Source: Aggregicoccus sp. 17bor-14
GTDB lineage: Bacteria; Myxococcota; Myxococcia; Myxococcales; Myxococcaceae
Reading direction: 5' to 3'
Length of the DNA stretch: 64,000 bases
Assembly: GCF_009659535.1 (NCBI RefSeq)
Contig: NZ_VJZZ01000008.1
Location: forward strand, 1-64,000
Shown: positions 56,261-64,000 of the stretch, piece after piece
How positions within the stretch are numbered: the stretch's first letter is position 1
Layout of the letters: the number at the start of each line of letters is the position of its first letter
Position numbers and translations under genes: made by a program
The notes under the pieces: model-generated
Told to the model about the DNA's origin: nothing
Databases searched by the model: none
Seen by the model: only the letters and a program-made list of their open reading frames with translations

Positions 56261-57522
56261 CCGTCCTGCGGGTGGATCCCTCCGCTCTCCAAGCGGCGCA
56301 GCTCACCCCGCCGCTGTCCAAGTCGGACGCGCAGCGCGCGCTGGTGCTCGCCCACCTCTCGGGCGCTCGCACGCTGGAGGGCCTCGAGTCGGAGCCGGTG
56401 GAGTCCTTGCCCGCGGACGTGCGCACGCTGCTGCGTGGGCTCGACGCACTGCGCCTGCCGCCCGGCCCCCGGCGCGAGCTGGACTGCGCCGACGGAGGCG
56501 CGCCGTTCCGCATCCTCCTCACCCAGGCAGCGACGACGCCGGGCTTTCGCGGCGGCTTCCGCGGCACGCCGCGGCTGGGCGAGCGCCCCCACGCACCACT
56601 GCTCGAGGCGCTGCGCGAGGCGCTGGGGCCGGTGGGGCTTCGGCTCGAGGAGGGACGGCCCTGGCCGCTGGAGCTGTGGGCGCCGCAGGACAGCGTGGGT
56701 GCCCCTCCCCGCTTCCGCGTGCGTTCGGAGCAGAGCAGCCAGTACGCCTCGAGCCTCCTGCTGGGCGCGGCCGCGCTGTACCTGCGCGAGCGGCGCCCGT
56801 GGAGCGTGGAGCTGGAGGGAGGGCTCACCAGCCCGGGCTACCTCGAGCTCACGCTCGCGTGGATGGCGCGCTTCGGCTTCGACGTGCGCCGCGAGCCCGG
56901 CCGGCTCACGGTGACGGGACACACGCCGCCCGCGCAGCTGCCCGCGCTGCCCGGCGACTGGTCCTCGCTGGGCTACCTGTTGCTCGTGGCGTGGCGCTCC
57001 GGCGGCAGCGTGGAGCGCGTGGACCTGGCGAGCGCGCAGCCGGACCAGGCCCTGCTCGAGATCGTGCGCGAGGCCGGGCTGCGCACGGCCTCGCCGGCCC
57101 CGGGCGTGCTGCGGCTGGAGGGTGAGGCCCTGCGCGGCGTGCGCGCCTCGGGCACGCGCTGCCCCGACCTGCTGCCCACGCTGGCCGCGCTCGCGATGGT
57201 GCTGCCGGGCCCCTCGGTGCTCTCGGACGTGGGCGTGCTGCGGCTCAAGGAGAGCGATCGCCTCGAGGGCATCCGCGCGCTCGTCTCGGCGTTCGGCGGC
57301 AGCAGCGCGCTCGAGGGCGAGGGGCTGACGCTGCAGGCCCCGGCCTCGCGCCCCGCGCACTTCGAGGTGGACAGCCGGGAGGACCACCGCCTCGCGATGT
57401 CCGCGGCCACCCTCAGCGTGCTCTCCGGGGTGCCGCTCACGCTGCACGGGCCGGAGTGCGTGGCGAAGAGCTTTCCGGGCTTCTGGACGCAGCTTCAGCG
57501 CACCGGCGTGCGCCTCACGTAG
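56257..57522 (+). CDS. aroA: 3-phosphoshikimate 1-carboxyvinyltransferase (EPSP synthase)
   Basis: LPxSKSDAQR N-terminal motif; GTG start overlapping the aroB stop. Confidence 0.85.
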   Translation: MTVLRVDPSALQAAQLTPPLSKSDAQRALVLAHLSGARTLEGLESEPVESLPADVRTLLRGLDALRLPPGPRRELDCADGGAPFRILLTQAATTPGFRGGFRGTPRLGERPHAPLLEALREALGPVGLRLEEGRPWPLELWAPQDSVGAPPRFRVRSEQSSQYASSLLLGAAALYLRERRPWSVELEGGLTSPGYLELTLAWMARFGFDVRREPGRLTVTGHTPPAQLPALPGDWSSLGYLLLVAWRSGGSVERVDLASAQPDQALLEIVREAGLRTASPAPGVLRLEGEALRGVRASGTRCPDLLPTLAALAMVLPGPSVLSDVGVLRLKESDRLEGIRALVSAFGGSSALEGEGLTLQAPASRPAHFEVDSREDHRLAMSAATLSVLSGVPLTLHGPECVAKSFPGFWTQLQRTGVRLT

Positions 57523-57894
57523 CGGCGCCACAGGCGCGGCCCGTAGGTGAGCACGAGCAGCAGCGCGCCGGCGCAGAGCACCTGCACGAGCGCGCGCCGC
57601 TCGGCGCCGGCCACGCCCGCGACGAGCAAGAGGGCCCGCCGGCCGCCCCCTCGGCGTTCGCGTTTTTCAACGGTGATCGAAGCGGGGCTCATGGGCCACG
57701 CAACCTCGCGGAAAGGGACGGCTTTCCGGAGGCGCTCGCGCCGTCCTGGCAGGCGACCGTGCAGGCGGGGCCCCGCGGGAGGGGCGCAAAGTACCCCGCG
57801 GATGTCAGCGCGTGTGCAGCGCGACTGTCGCTCGTTGCCGCAGTGCGCCCTTTTTTAGTTGAAAGCTTTGAGGGCCATGTGAAATCTCCCGCCC

Positions 57895-59205
57895 ATGCCC
57901 AAGGACACGCTGACGATCACGGACAATCGGACCGGCAAGACCTATGAGGTCCCGATTGAGGACGGCTGCATCCGCACCAAGGCGCTCAATCAGATCAAGG
58001 TGGATGAGAACGACTTCGGGTTGATGGGATACGACCCGGCGTTCCTCAACACGGCGAACTGCAAGAGCGCCATCACGTACATCGATGGTGACAAGGGCAT
58101 CCTCGAGTACCGGGGCTACCCCATCGAGCAGCTGGCGGAGAAGTCGACCTTCCTCGAGGTCGCCTACCTGCTGCTCAACGGCGAGCTGCCCACGCCCAAG
58201 GAGCTCGAGCAGTTCATCCACCTCGTCACGCACCACACGTACGTGCACGAGAACATCAAGACCTTCATGGACGGGTTCCGCTACGACGCGCACCCCATGT
58301 CCATCCTCTCGTCCACCGTCGCGGCGCTCTCGGGCTTCTACCCGGACGCGAAGCACACCAAGGACGAGCGCAGCCGCCGCATCCAGATGACCCGGCTCAT
58401 CGCGAAGATGCCGACCATCGCGGCCTTCAGCTACCGCCACAGCCTCGGTCTGCCGTACGTCTACCCGAACAACGACCTGAGCTACGTCGGCAACTTCCTC
58501 GCGATGATCAAGAAGATCGGCACCACCAACTACAAGGTGGACCCGGTCCTCGAGCGCGCGCTGGACGTGCTCTTCATCCTGCACGCGGACCACGAGCAGA
58601 ACTGCAGCACCACGTCGGTGCGCGTGGTCGGCTCCTCGGAAGTGGACCCCTACTCCGCCTGCGCCGCGGGCATCACCGCGCTCTACGGCCCGCTGCACGG
58701 CGGCGCCAACGAGGCCGTGCTGCGCATGCTGCGCGAGATCGGCCACATCTCGAAGGTCCCCGAGTTCATCCGCCAGGTGAAGAGCGGCGAGGCCGGCAGC
58801 CGCCTGATGGGCTTCGGCCACCGCGTCTACAAGTCCTACGACCCGCGCGCGAAGGTGATCAAGCGCGTGGCGGACGAGGTCTTCGAGGTGACGGGCAAGA
58901 ACCCGCTGCTCGAGATCGCCGTCGAGCTCGAGCGCATCGCGCTGCAGGACGAGTACTTCGTGAAGCGCAAGCTGTACCCGAACGTCGACTTCTACTCGGG
59001 CCTCATCTACGAGGCGATGGGCTTCCAGGCGGAGATGTTCCCCGTGCTCTTCGCCATCCCGCGCACCGTGGGCTGGGTGAGCCAGTGGGAGGAGATGGTG
59101 AAGGATCCCGAGCAGAAGATCGCCCGCCCGCGCCAGGTGTACACGGGCGCGAAGCGCCGCGACTACCTGCCCAACGAGAAGCGCGGCCAGGGCGGCGCCC
59201 GCTAG
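57895..59205 (+). CDS. gltA: Citrate synthase (type II, hexameric-type)
   Basis: GFGHRVYK and HADHEQN catalytic signatures. Confidence 0.9.
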   Translation: MPKDTLTITDNRTGKTYEVPIEDGCIRTKALNQIKVDENDFGLMGYDPAFLNTANCKSAITYIDGDKGILEYRGYPIEQLAEKSTFLEVAYLLLNGELPTPKELEQFIHLVTHHTYVHENIKTFMDGFRYDAHPMSILSSTVAALSGFYPDAKHTKDERSRRIQMTRLIAKMPTIAAFSYRHSLGLPYVYPNNDLSYVGNFLAMIKKIGTTNYKVDPVLERALDVLFILHADHEQNCSTTSVRVVGSSEVDPYSACAAGITALYGPLHGGANEAVLRMLREIGHISKVPEFIRQVKSGEAGSRLMGFGHRVYKSYDPRAKVIKRVADEVFEVTGKNPLLEIAVELERIALQDEYFVKRKLYPNVDFYSGLIYEAMGFQAEMFPVLFAIPRTVGWVSQWEEMVKDPEQKIARPRQVYTGAKRRDYLPNEKRGQGGAR

Positions 59206-59352
59206 GCGCACGGGAGCCCCCGGGCTCCCTGCCGAGCAGGTCCTGAAGGGGTGGGTGCCCACGGGGCGCTCACCCCTTCGCCTTTGCGGGGGCAAACGCC
59301 GCACGGCGGCGTTGACAGCGCGCGGGGTGCTGAGTATCTCGCGCACCGCGCC

Positions 59353-59730
59353 ATGACCATCGACTTCACGTGCCAGAAGTGCGAGGCCAGCTTCGAGCTG
59401 GACGCCCAGGACCTCATCGACGGGACCGAGAAGCTGGTGTGCCCGCACTGTGATGCGAAGGCGCCCGCCGCGCTCGCCGCGGACTTCACCGCTGCCCTGG
59501 CCGAGATGCGCCTCCAGATCGCCACGCTCGGCAAGAAGGCCTTCTCCGTGAGCCTCGCGCTCGAGACCGAGGACGTGGAGGAGGAGGTCGACGCGGACGA
59601 CGACGAGGACGAGTCGGACGAGGACGCCGACGCGGACGAGGACCTCGAGTTCGACGAGGACGACGAGGACGAGTCGGACGACGACGACGAGGACGAGGAC
59701 TATGACGAGGAGGACAGCGAGGAGCCCTGA
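59353..59730 (+). CDS. Zinc-ribbon (CxxC...CPHC, FmdB-like) protein with a ~55-residue poly-Asp/Glu C-terminal tail
   Basis: CQKCEASF...CPHCDAK; the tail is ~85% D/E; candidate TTGACA-17 nt-TATCTC promoter at 59312-59340. Confidence 0.5.
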   Translation: MTIDFTCQKCEASFELDAQDLIDGTEKLVCPHCDAKAPAALAADFTAALAEMRLQIATLGKKAFSVSLALETEDVEEEVDADDDEDESDEDADADEDLEFDEDDEDESDDDDEDEDYDEEDSEEP

Positions 59731-59833
59731 GCTCCCTCCGCCTGCCCCCTCACCGGCCTGGCTCCCGGCCCCGCGCGGGCCTCCACCCTCGTCCCGGCCT
59801 CCAGGAACAGTGCCAGGTGTCTAGCTTTGGAGG

Positions 59834-60523
59834 GTGAAAGCGCCCCCTCCCGCTGGCCTCGTCCTCGCTCCGTTCACCGCGGTGGTTGCGGCGCTGGGCG
59901 CCCTGTTCCTCCTGCCTGCGCTGAGCAGCTCGCACGCCGCCGAGCCCGAGCCGCTCGCGCGCCCGAGCTGCGTGCCCAAGAAGGGCAGCGACCCCCGGGT
60001 TTGTACCGAGCTCATCGAGCTCACCGTGCGCGACGTGGTCCCGCTGCGCGAGGCGCACACGCACGCGGTGGTGCTCGCCACGCGCGACGGCGCCACGGTG
60101 CTGCCCATCTTCGTGGACGAGGGCGCGGCCGTCGCGATCGCGTTCCGGCTCGCGCACCGCGACCCGCCCCACCCGCTCTCGCAGGACCTGCTCGCCTCCG
60201 TGGTGCAGCAGATGGGAGGCCGGGTGACGGAGGTGCGCATCGACGATCTGCACGACGACATCTACACGGGCCGCCTCTTCATCCAGCAGGGTGAGCGGCG
60301 CCTCACCATCGATGCGCGTCCCTCGGACTCCATCGCGCTCGCGCTGCGCGGCGAGGCGCGCATCCTGGTCACCCGCAAGGTGCTGAGCGAGGCGGGCATC
60401 GCGCGCGAGGAGATCGACTCGCTGCGCGGCGGCGGCGGCCCCGGCGTGGGCGGCAGCGGCCCCGCGCCCCTGCCCGAGGGCTCGCGAGATCCCAAGGGCA
60501 AGGACACGACGATCGATCTCTAG
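59834..60523 (+). CDS. Secreted bifunctional-nuclease-domain (DUF151/BFN) protein
   Basis: Signal peptide; motif block HAVVLATRDGATVLPIFVDEGAAVAIA...DSIALALR typical of DUF151; Gly-rich C-terminus. Confidence 0.55.
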   Translation: MKAPPPAGLVLAPFTAVVAALGALFLLPALSSSHAAEPEPLARPSCVPKKGSDPRVCTELIELTVRDVVPLREAHTHAVVLATRDGATVLPIFVDEGAAVAIAFRLAHRDPPHPLSQDLLASVVQQMGGRVTEVRIDDLHDDIYTGRLFIQQGERRLTIDARPSDSIALALRGEARILVTRKVLSEAGIAREEIDSLRGGGGPGVGGSGPAPLPEGSRDPKGKDTTIDL

Positions 60524-60527
60524 AAAA

Positions 60528-60568
60528 GCGAAAGCCCGGCCCCCCCTCCCGGAGTGCCAGGCTTTCGC
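60528..60568. terminator. Hairpin GCGAAAGCC...GGCTTTCGC (9-bp stem, long loop) after the DUF151 gene
   Basis: Read directly; preceded by AAAA and so could function on either strand. Confidence 0.3.
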
Positions 60569-60704
60569 CACATCCAATAGCAGCTGCAGGTTGCGTGGAT
60601 CCCGGCAGCGCGCGCGCCTGCGCGCGTTGTCGGGAAGACGGGCCGAAGTATTGCGGACCTCGCGCAGGAGTCAAGGCACCCCCCAGCGCGTAGAGTGCCC
60701 GCAC

Positions 60705-62105
60705 ATGCGCAAGGCGAAGATGATCTGTACCCTCGGTCCTTCCTCCGACTCGCTCGAGGTGATCGAGGGCCTGATGCGGGCGGGCATGGACGTGGCCCGC
60801 CTCAACTTCTCGCACGGCACGCACGACGAGCACCGACGGCGAGTGGAGTTGCTGCGCAAGGCATCGCGGCGCCTGCGCCTCCCGGTGGCCGTGCTCCAGG
60901 ACGTGCAGGGGCCGAAAATCCGGCTCGGGAGCTTCGTGGGCGGCAGCCTCACGGTGCGCACGGGCCAGCGGGTGACGGTGACCACGCGCAGCGTGCTTGG
61001 CGAGGGCAGCGTCATCCCCACCCCGGTGCAGAGTCTGCCGCGCGACGTGGCGAAGGGAGACCTCATCCTCCTGGACGATGGGCGCGTGCGACTTCGCGTG
61101 CAGTCCGTGACGCGCCGGGACGTGACATGCCGGGTGGAAGTGGGCGGGGTGCTCAAGGATCACAAGGGCCTGAACCTCCCGGGCGCGGAGGTCAGCGTCC
61201 CCTGCCTCACCCCCAAGGACATCGAGGACCTGGCGCTCGGGCAGGAGCTGGGCGTGGACTACGTGGCGCTCTCCTTCGTGCGCTCCGCCGAGGACGTGCG
61301 CGCGGCGCGCCCCCACGTGGCCCGGCTCGCCACGCCCCTCATCGCGAAGATCGAGAAGCCCCAGGCGGTGGAGCGCCTGGAGTCCATCGCGGCCGAGGCG
61401 GACGGGGTGATGATCGCCCGCGGCGACCTCGGGGTGGAGATGCCCCTGGAGCAGCTGCCCTCCATCCAGAAGCGCGCGGTGCGCGCGGTCAACCGCATGG
61501 GCGGCATCGTGATCGTGGCCACCGAGATGCTCGAGAGCATGGTGAACAGCCAGCGCCCCACCCGCGCCGAGGTCAGCGACGTGGCCAACGCCATCCTGGA
61601 CGGCGCGGACGCGGTGATGCTCTCGGGCGAGACGGCCGCGGGGAAGTACCCCATCGAGGCGGCCTCCACCATGGCGCGCATCGTGGAGGAGACCGAGAAG
61701 GGCTCGCCGCGCGAGATGTTCATCCCGGACTTCCGCCGCCCGGACGACGTGTCCACGGGCGTCGCGGCGGCGGCCGTGGCGGCTGCGCGCCAGCTGGGCA
61801 TCGACACCATCATCACCTACACCGAGAGCGGCCACACGGCGCGGCTCATCTCCGAGTTCCGCCCGCACGCGCGCATCGTGGCGCTCACGCCCAACGAGCG
61901 CACGGTGGACCGCGTGAACATGTACTGGGGCGTGCGGGGCCTGCGCGTGGGGCGCCTGCAGTCCACGGACGCGATGATCCGCCAGGTGCGCCGGCTGTGC
62001 GCGACCCAGGGGCTGTGCGCCCCCGGCGCGGCCGTGATCGTGGTGGCCGGCGTGCCGCTCAACCAGCCCGGCCGCACGAACATGCTGTCCGTGCACCGGC
62101 TCTAG
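60705..62105 (+). CDS. pyk: Pyruvate kinase
   Basis: MRKAKMICTLGPSS N-terminus, MIARGDLGVE, MLSGETAAGKYP motifs. Confidence 0.9.
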   Translation: MRKAKMICTLGPSSDSLEVIEGLMRAGMDVARLNFSHGTHDEHRRRVELLRKASRRLRLPVAVLQDVQGPKIRLGSFVGGSLTVRTGQRVTVTTRSVLGEGSVIPTPVQSLPRDVAKGDLILLDDGRVRLRVQSVTRRDVTCRVEVGGVLKDHKGLNLPGAEVSVPCLTPKDIEDLALGQELGVDYVALSFVRSAEDVRAARPHVARLATPLIAKIEKPQAVERLESIAAEADGVMIARGDLGVEMPLEQLPSIQKRAVRAVNRMGGIVIVATEMLESMVNSQRPTRAEVSDVANAILDGADAVMLSGETAAGKYPIEAASTMARIVEETEKGSPREMFIPDFRRPDDVSTGVAAAAVAAARQLGIDTIITYTESGHTARLISEFRPHARIVALTPNERTVDRVNMYWGVRGLRVGRLQSTDAMIRQVRRLCATQGLCAPGAAVIVVAGVPLNQPGRTNMLSVHRL

Positions 62106-62120
62106 ATCCGCGGCGCGCGC

Positions 62121-62780
62121 CTAGAGGGTCTTCTGCTCGAAGTCGTAGATCTTCTCGACGGAGATCTGCTTGTAGCGCTCGAGGTTGAGCGCGCGCCGGG
62201 CGCACTCCCACGCGAACTCGCGCGCGCTGCGCTCCGGCTCCTTCTTCTTGCGCCGCTTGATCTCGCTCTTGATGGCCTTGGCCACCACGCGCGGGTGGAA
62301 GCAGAAGGCCGCCGAGAAGAGCAGGTGCCCGCCGAAGGGGATGAGGCGCGCCTCGAGGATGTCGCCCGCCTCGAGCCCCGCCGTGGTGCGGCGCTCGGTG
62401 ACGTCGAAGTCCTTGCCGCTGAAGAGCTCGCGCAGGCGCACCATGCCCTTCGCGATCTTGCGCACCTCGAAGAGGCCGTGGACCGTCTCCGTGAAGGAGC
62501 GGAAGGCGTTGACCTCCTCGGGCGCGGCCACGCCCTGGCGCTGGCGGTACAGCTCCTGCGCGGGCGTCACCCCGGCGAGGGGCGAGGGCCGGTCGAAGAG
62601 GTAGTAGTCGAGGAAGGACGCCATCCTCGGCTCGAACATCTTGTCGTCCTCGAACACCTCGCCGGTGGCGCGGAAGTACTCCGCCTTGGCCGAGATGAGG
62701 TCCGCCTTGCGCGGCTCCTCACTCGCGAAGGCGATGAGCTGATCGAGGTAGGGCTGATAGGAGAGCGACTGCGCGTCCAT
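62121..62780 (-). CDS. Hypothetical protein with a Lys-rich C-terminal segment
   Basis: Intact 219-aa ORF, coding-like composition, convergent with pyk; no recognisable domain. Confidence 0.4.
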   Translation of the reverse strand: MDAQSLSYQPYLDQLIAFASEEPRKADLISAKAEYFRATGEVFEDDKMFEPRMASFLDYYLFDRPSPLAGVTPAQELYRQRQGVAAPEEVNAFRSFTETVHGLFEVRKIAKGMVRLRELFSGKDFDVTERRTTAGLEAGDILEARLIPFGGHLLFSAAFCFHPRVVAKAIKSEIKRRKKKEPERSAREFAWECARRALNLERYKQISVEKIYDFEQKTL

Positions 62781-62794
62781 GGGTGCGGAGGATC

Positions 62795-63910
62795 CTACCC
62801 TGCCATCAGCTTCGCGAAGCGGCCGAAGAGATAGCGCGCGTCGTGAGGGCCGGGCGAGGACTCGGGGTGGTACTGCACGCTGAAGGCGCGGGCGTCCGGG
62901 AGGCTGAGACCCTCCACCGTGCCGTCGTTGAGGTTGAGGTGGCTCACCAGTGCCTTGCCCTTCACGCTCGCATCATCCACCGCGAAGCCGTGGTTCTGCG
63001 CCGTAATCTCGACCCGGCCGGTAGCCAGGTCCTTGACCGGCTGGTTGGCGCCCCGGTGACCGAACTTCATCTTGTAGGTGCGGCCCCCCAGCGCGAGCGC
63101 CAGGATCTGGTGGCCGAGGCAGATGCCGAAGATGGGCACCTTGCCCAGCAGCGCCGCCACCGTCTTGTCCGCACCCACCACGGCGGCCGGGTCTCCGGGG
63201 CCGTTGGCGAGGAACACGCCGTGCGGCTTCTTCGCGAGCACCTCCTGCGCCGTGGTCCCCGCCGGCACCACCGTCACCCGGCAGCCCACGTCCACGAGGA
63301 AGTGCAGCATCGAGCGCTTGAGGCCGTAGTCGTAGGCCACCACGTCGTACTTCAGCTCGGGCGCCTTCGCGGGCGCCCCCCACACGTCCTGCGAGGGCGT
63401 GGTGAAGGTGTAGGCCTGCTTCGTGGAGACGCCGGTCGCGAGGTCCAGCCCCTCCATGCCGTGGGCCGCCCGGGCGCGCTCCACCAGCGCCTGGGGCGAG
63501 TGGCCCTCGCTGGAGATGACGCCCATCTGGGCGCCGTGCGTGCGCAGGTGGCGCACGAGGCGGCGGGTGTCCAGCCCCTCGATGCCCGCGATGCCATGGC
63601 GCTTGAGGTAGGCGTCCAGCGACTCCTTCGAGCGCCAGTTGGAGGGGGTGCCGCTGAAGGCGCGCACCACCATGCCCACCGCGTGCGGCTGCGGCGCCTC
63701 CTCGTCCTCGGGCGTGGTGCCCACGTTGCCCATCTCCGGATAGGCCATGGTCACGATCTGCCCGACGTACGAGGGGTCCGTGAGGATCTCCTGGTAGCCG
63801 TACATGGACGTGTTGAAGACCACCTCGCCCACCCGCTCTCCGGTGGCGCCGAAGGCCTGACCCTCGAACACGGTCCCGTCTGCCAGCGCGAGCCTTGCCT
63901 GCTTCGTCAC
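62795..63910 (-). CDS. carA: Carbamoyl-phosphate synthase small (glutaminase) subunit
   Basis: GICLGHQ catalytic Cys and HPE motifs; GTG start overlapping the upstream stop. Confidence 0.9.
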   Translation of the reverse strand: MTKQARLALADGTVFEGQAFGATGERVGEVVFNTSMYGYQEILTDPSYVGQIVTMAYPEMGNVGTTPEDEEAPQPHAVGMVVRAFSGTPSNWRSKESLDAYLKRHGIAGIEGLDTRRLVRHLRTHGAQMGVISSEGHSPQALVERARAAHGMEGLDLATGVSTKQAYTFTTPSQDVWGAPAKAPELKYDVVAYDYGLKRSMLHFLVDVGCRVTVVPAGTTAQEVLAKKPHGVFLANGPGDPAAVVGADKTVAALLGKVPIFGICLGHQILALALGGRTYKMKFGHRGANQPVKDLATGRVEITAQNHGFAVDDASVKGKALVSHLNLNDGTVEGLSLPDARAFSVQYHPESSPGPHDARYLFGRFAKLMAG

Positions 63911-64000
63911 GTCGACTCCTTGGGCTCCCGCCCTTCAAAGACACAGCGACCGCCCACCCAGACCTGGACGGCGCGGCCCTTCAGCTTGCGCCCGTGGAAG
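63907..64000 (-). CDS. pyrC: Dihydroorotase, 3' end (partial)
   Basis: C-terminal [23 protein letters not shown] resembles the PyrC C-terminus; pyrC-carA order; stop overlaps the carA start. Confidence 0.45.
   Translation of the reverse strand, partial: FHGRKLKGRAVQVWVGGRCVFEGREPKEST

Noticed and set aside
57495-57692. 65-aa minus-strand ORF with two hydrophobic segments overlapping the aroA 3' end
   Set aside because: No Shine-Dalgarno, antisense overlap with aroA, and Arg-rich composition typical of spurious GC frames. A small membrane protein cannot be excluded without ribosome profiling.
59580-59710. Near-tandem repeats (GACGAGGACGAGTCGGACGA...) resembling a microsatellite or CRISPR-like array
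   Set aside because: They lie inside a coding sequence and simply encode the poly-Asp/Glu tail. There are no spacers or regularly sized repeats.
60600-60630. CGCGCGCGCCTGCGCGCG palindrome upstream of pyk
   Set aside because: Alternating CG runs are common in this GC-rich genome, so this is not distinctive enough to call an operator.

Overview
High-GC (~70%) bacterial chromosomal window, most likely myxobacterial (Myxococcus-like). Gene density is about 60 genes per 64 kb, mostly core metabolism and translation. There are three biologically coherent islands.
(1) On the minus strand at 1.2-8.9 kb, a TetR-controlled catabolic operon reads acyl-CoA dehydrogenase, FadA thiolase, FadB, a type I Baeyer-Villiger monooxygenase and an alpha/beta-hydrolase esterase. 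Twin perfect palindromic operators sit in the divergent TetR intergenic region.
(2) At 22.5-25.4 kb, a family-1 encapsulin nanocompartment locus has a ferritin-like cargo with a C-terminal LTVGSL targeting peptide, an HK97-fold EncA shell, and a translationally abutting sigma54 (NtrC-type) activator. It is flanked by MurJ, an M23 peptidase and a beta-barrel outer-membrane protein.
(3) At 43.2-57.5 kb, a divergent men (menF-D-H-A-C-E) and shikimate (DAHP synthase, ubiE/menG, aroK, aroD/E fusion, aroC, aroB, aroA) supra-operon shares one AT-rich promoter region that carries inverted-repeat operators.
Other content: a TCA block (icd, mdh, sdhAB with no membrane anchor, sucCD, ndk, gltA, pyk); the rpsP-KH-rimM-trmD-rplS ribosomal operon; two copies of initiator tRNA-fMet flanking a BNR-repeat gene; rsmI, yraN, rlmN, rluD-like, pgm, carA and a partial pyrC. 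Several poorly characterised proteins are also present: an SMC-like protein with degenerate Walker motifs, a zinc-ribbon protein with a poly-acidic tail next to a secreted DUF151 nuclease-domain protein, an S1-domain protein with an RGG-rich N-terminus, and an MBL-fold protein.
The long antisense ORFs in the track are GC-skew artefacts. No CRISPR array or obvious mobile element is present.
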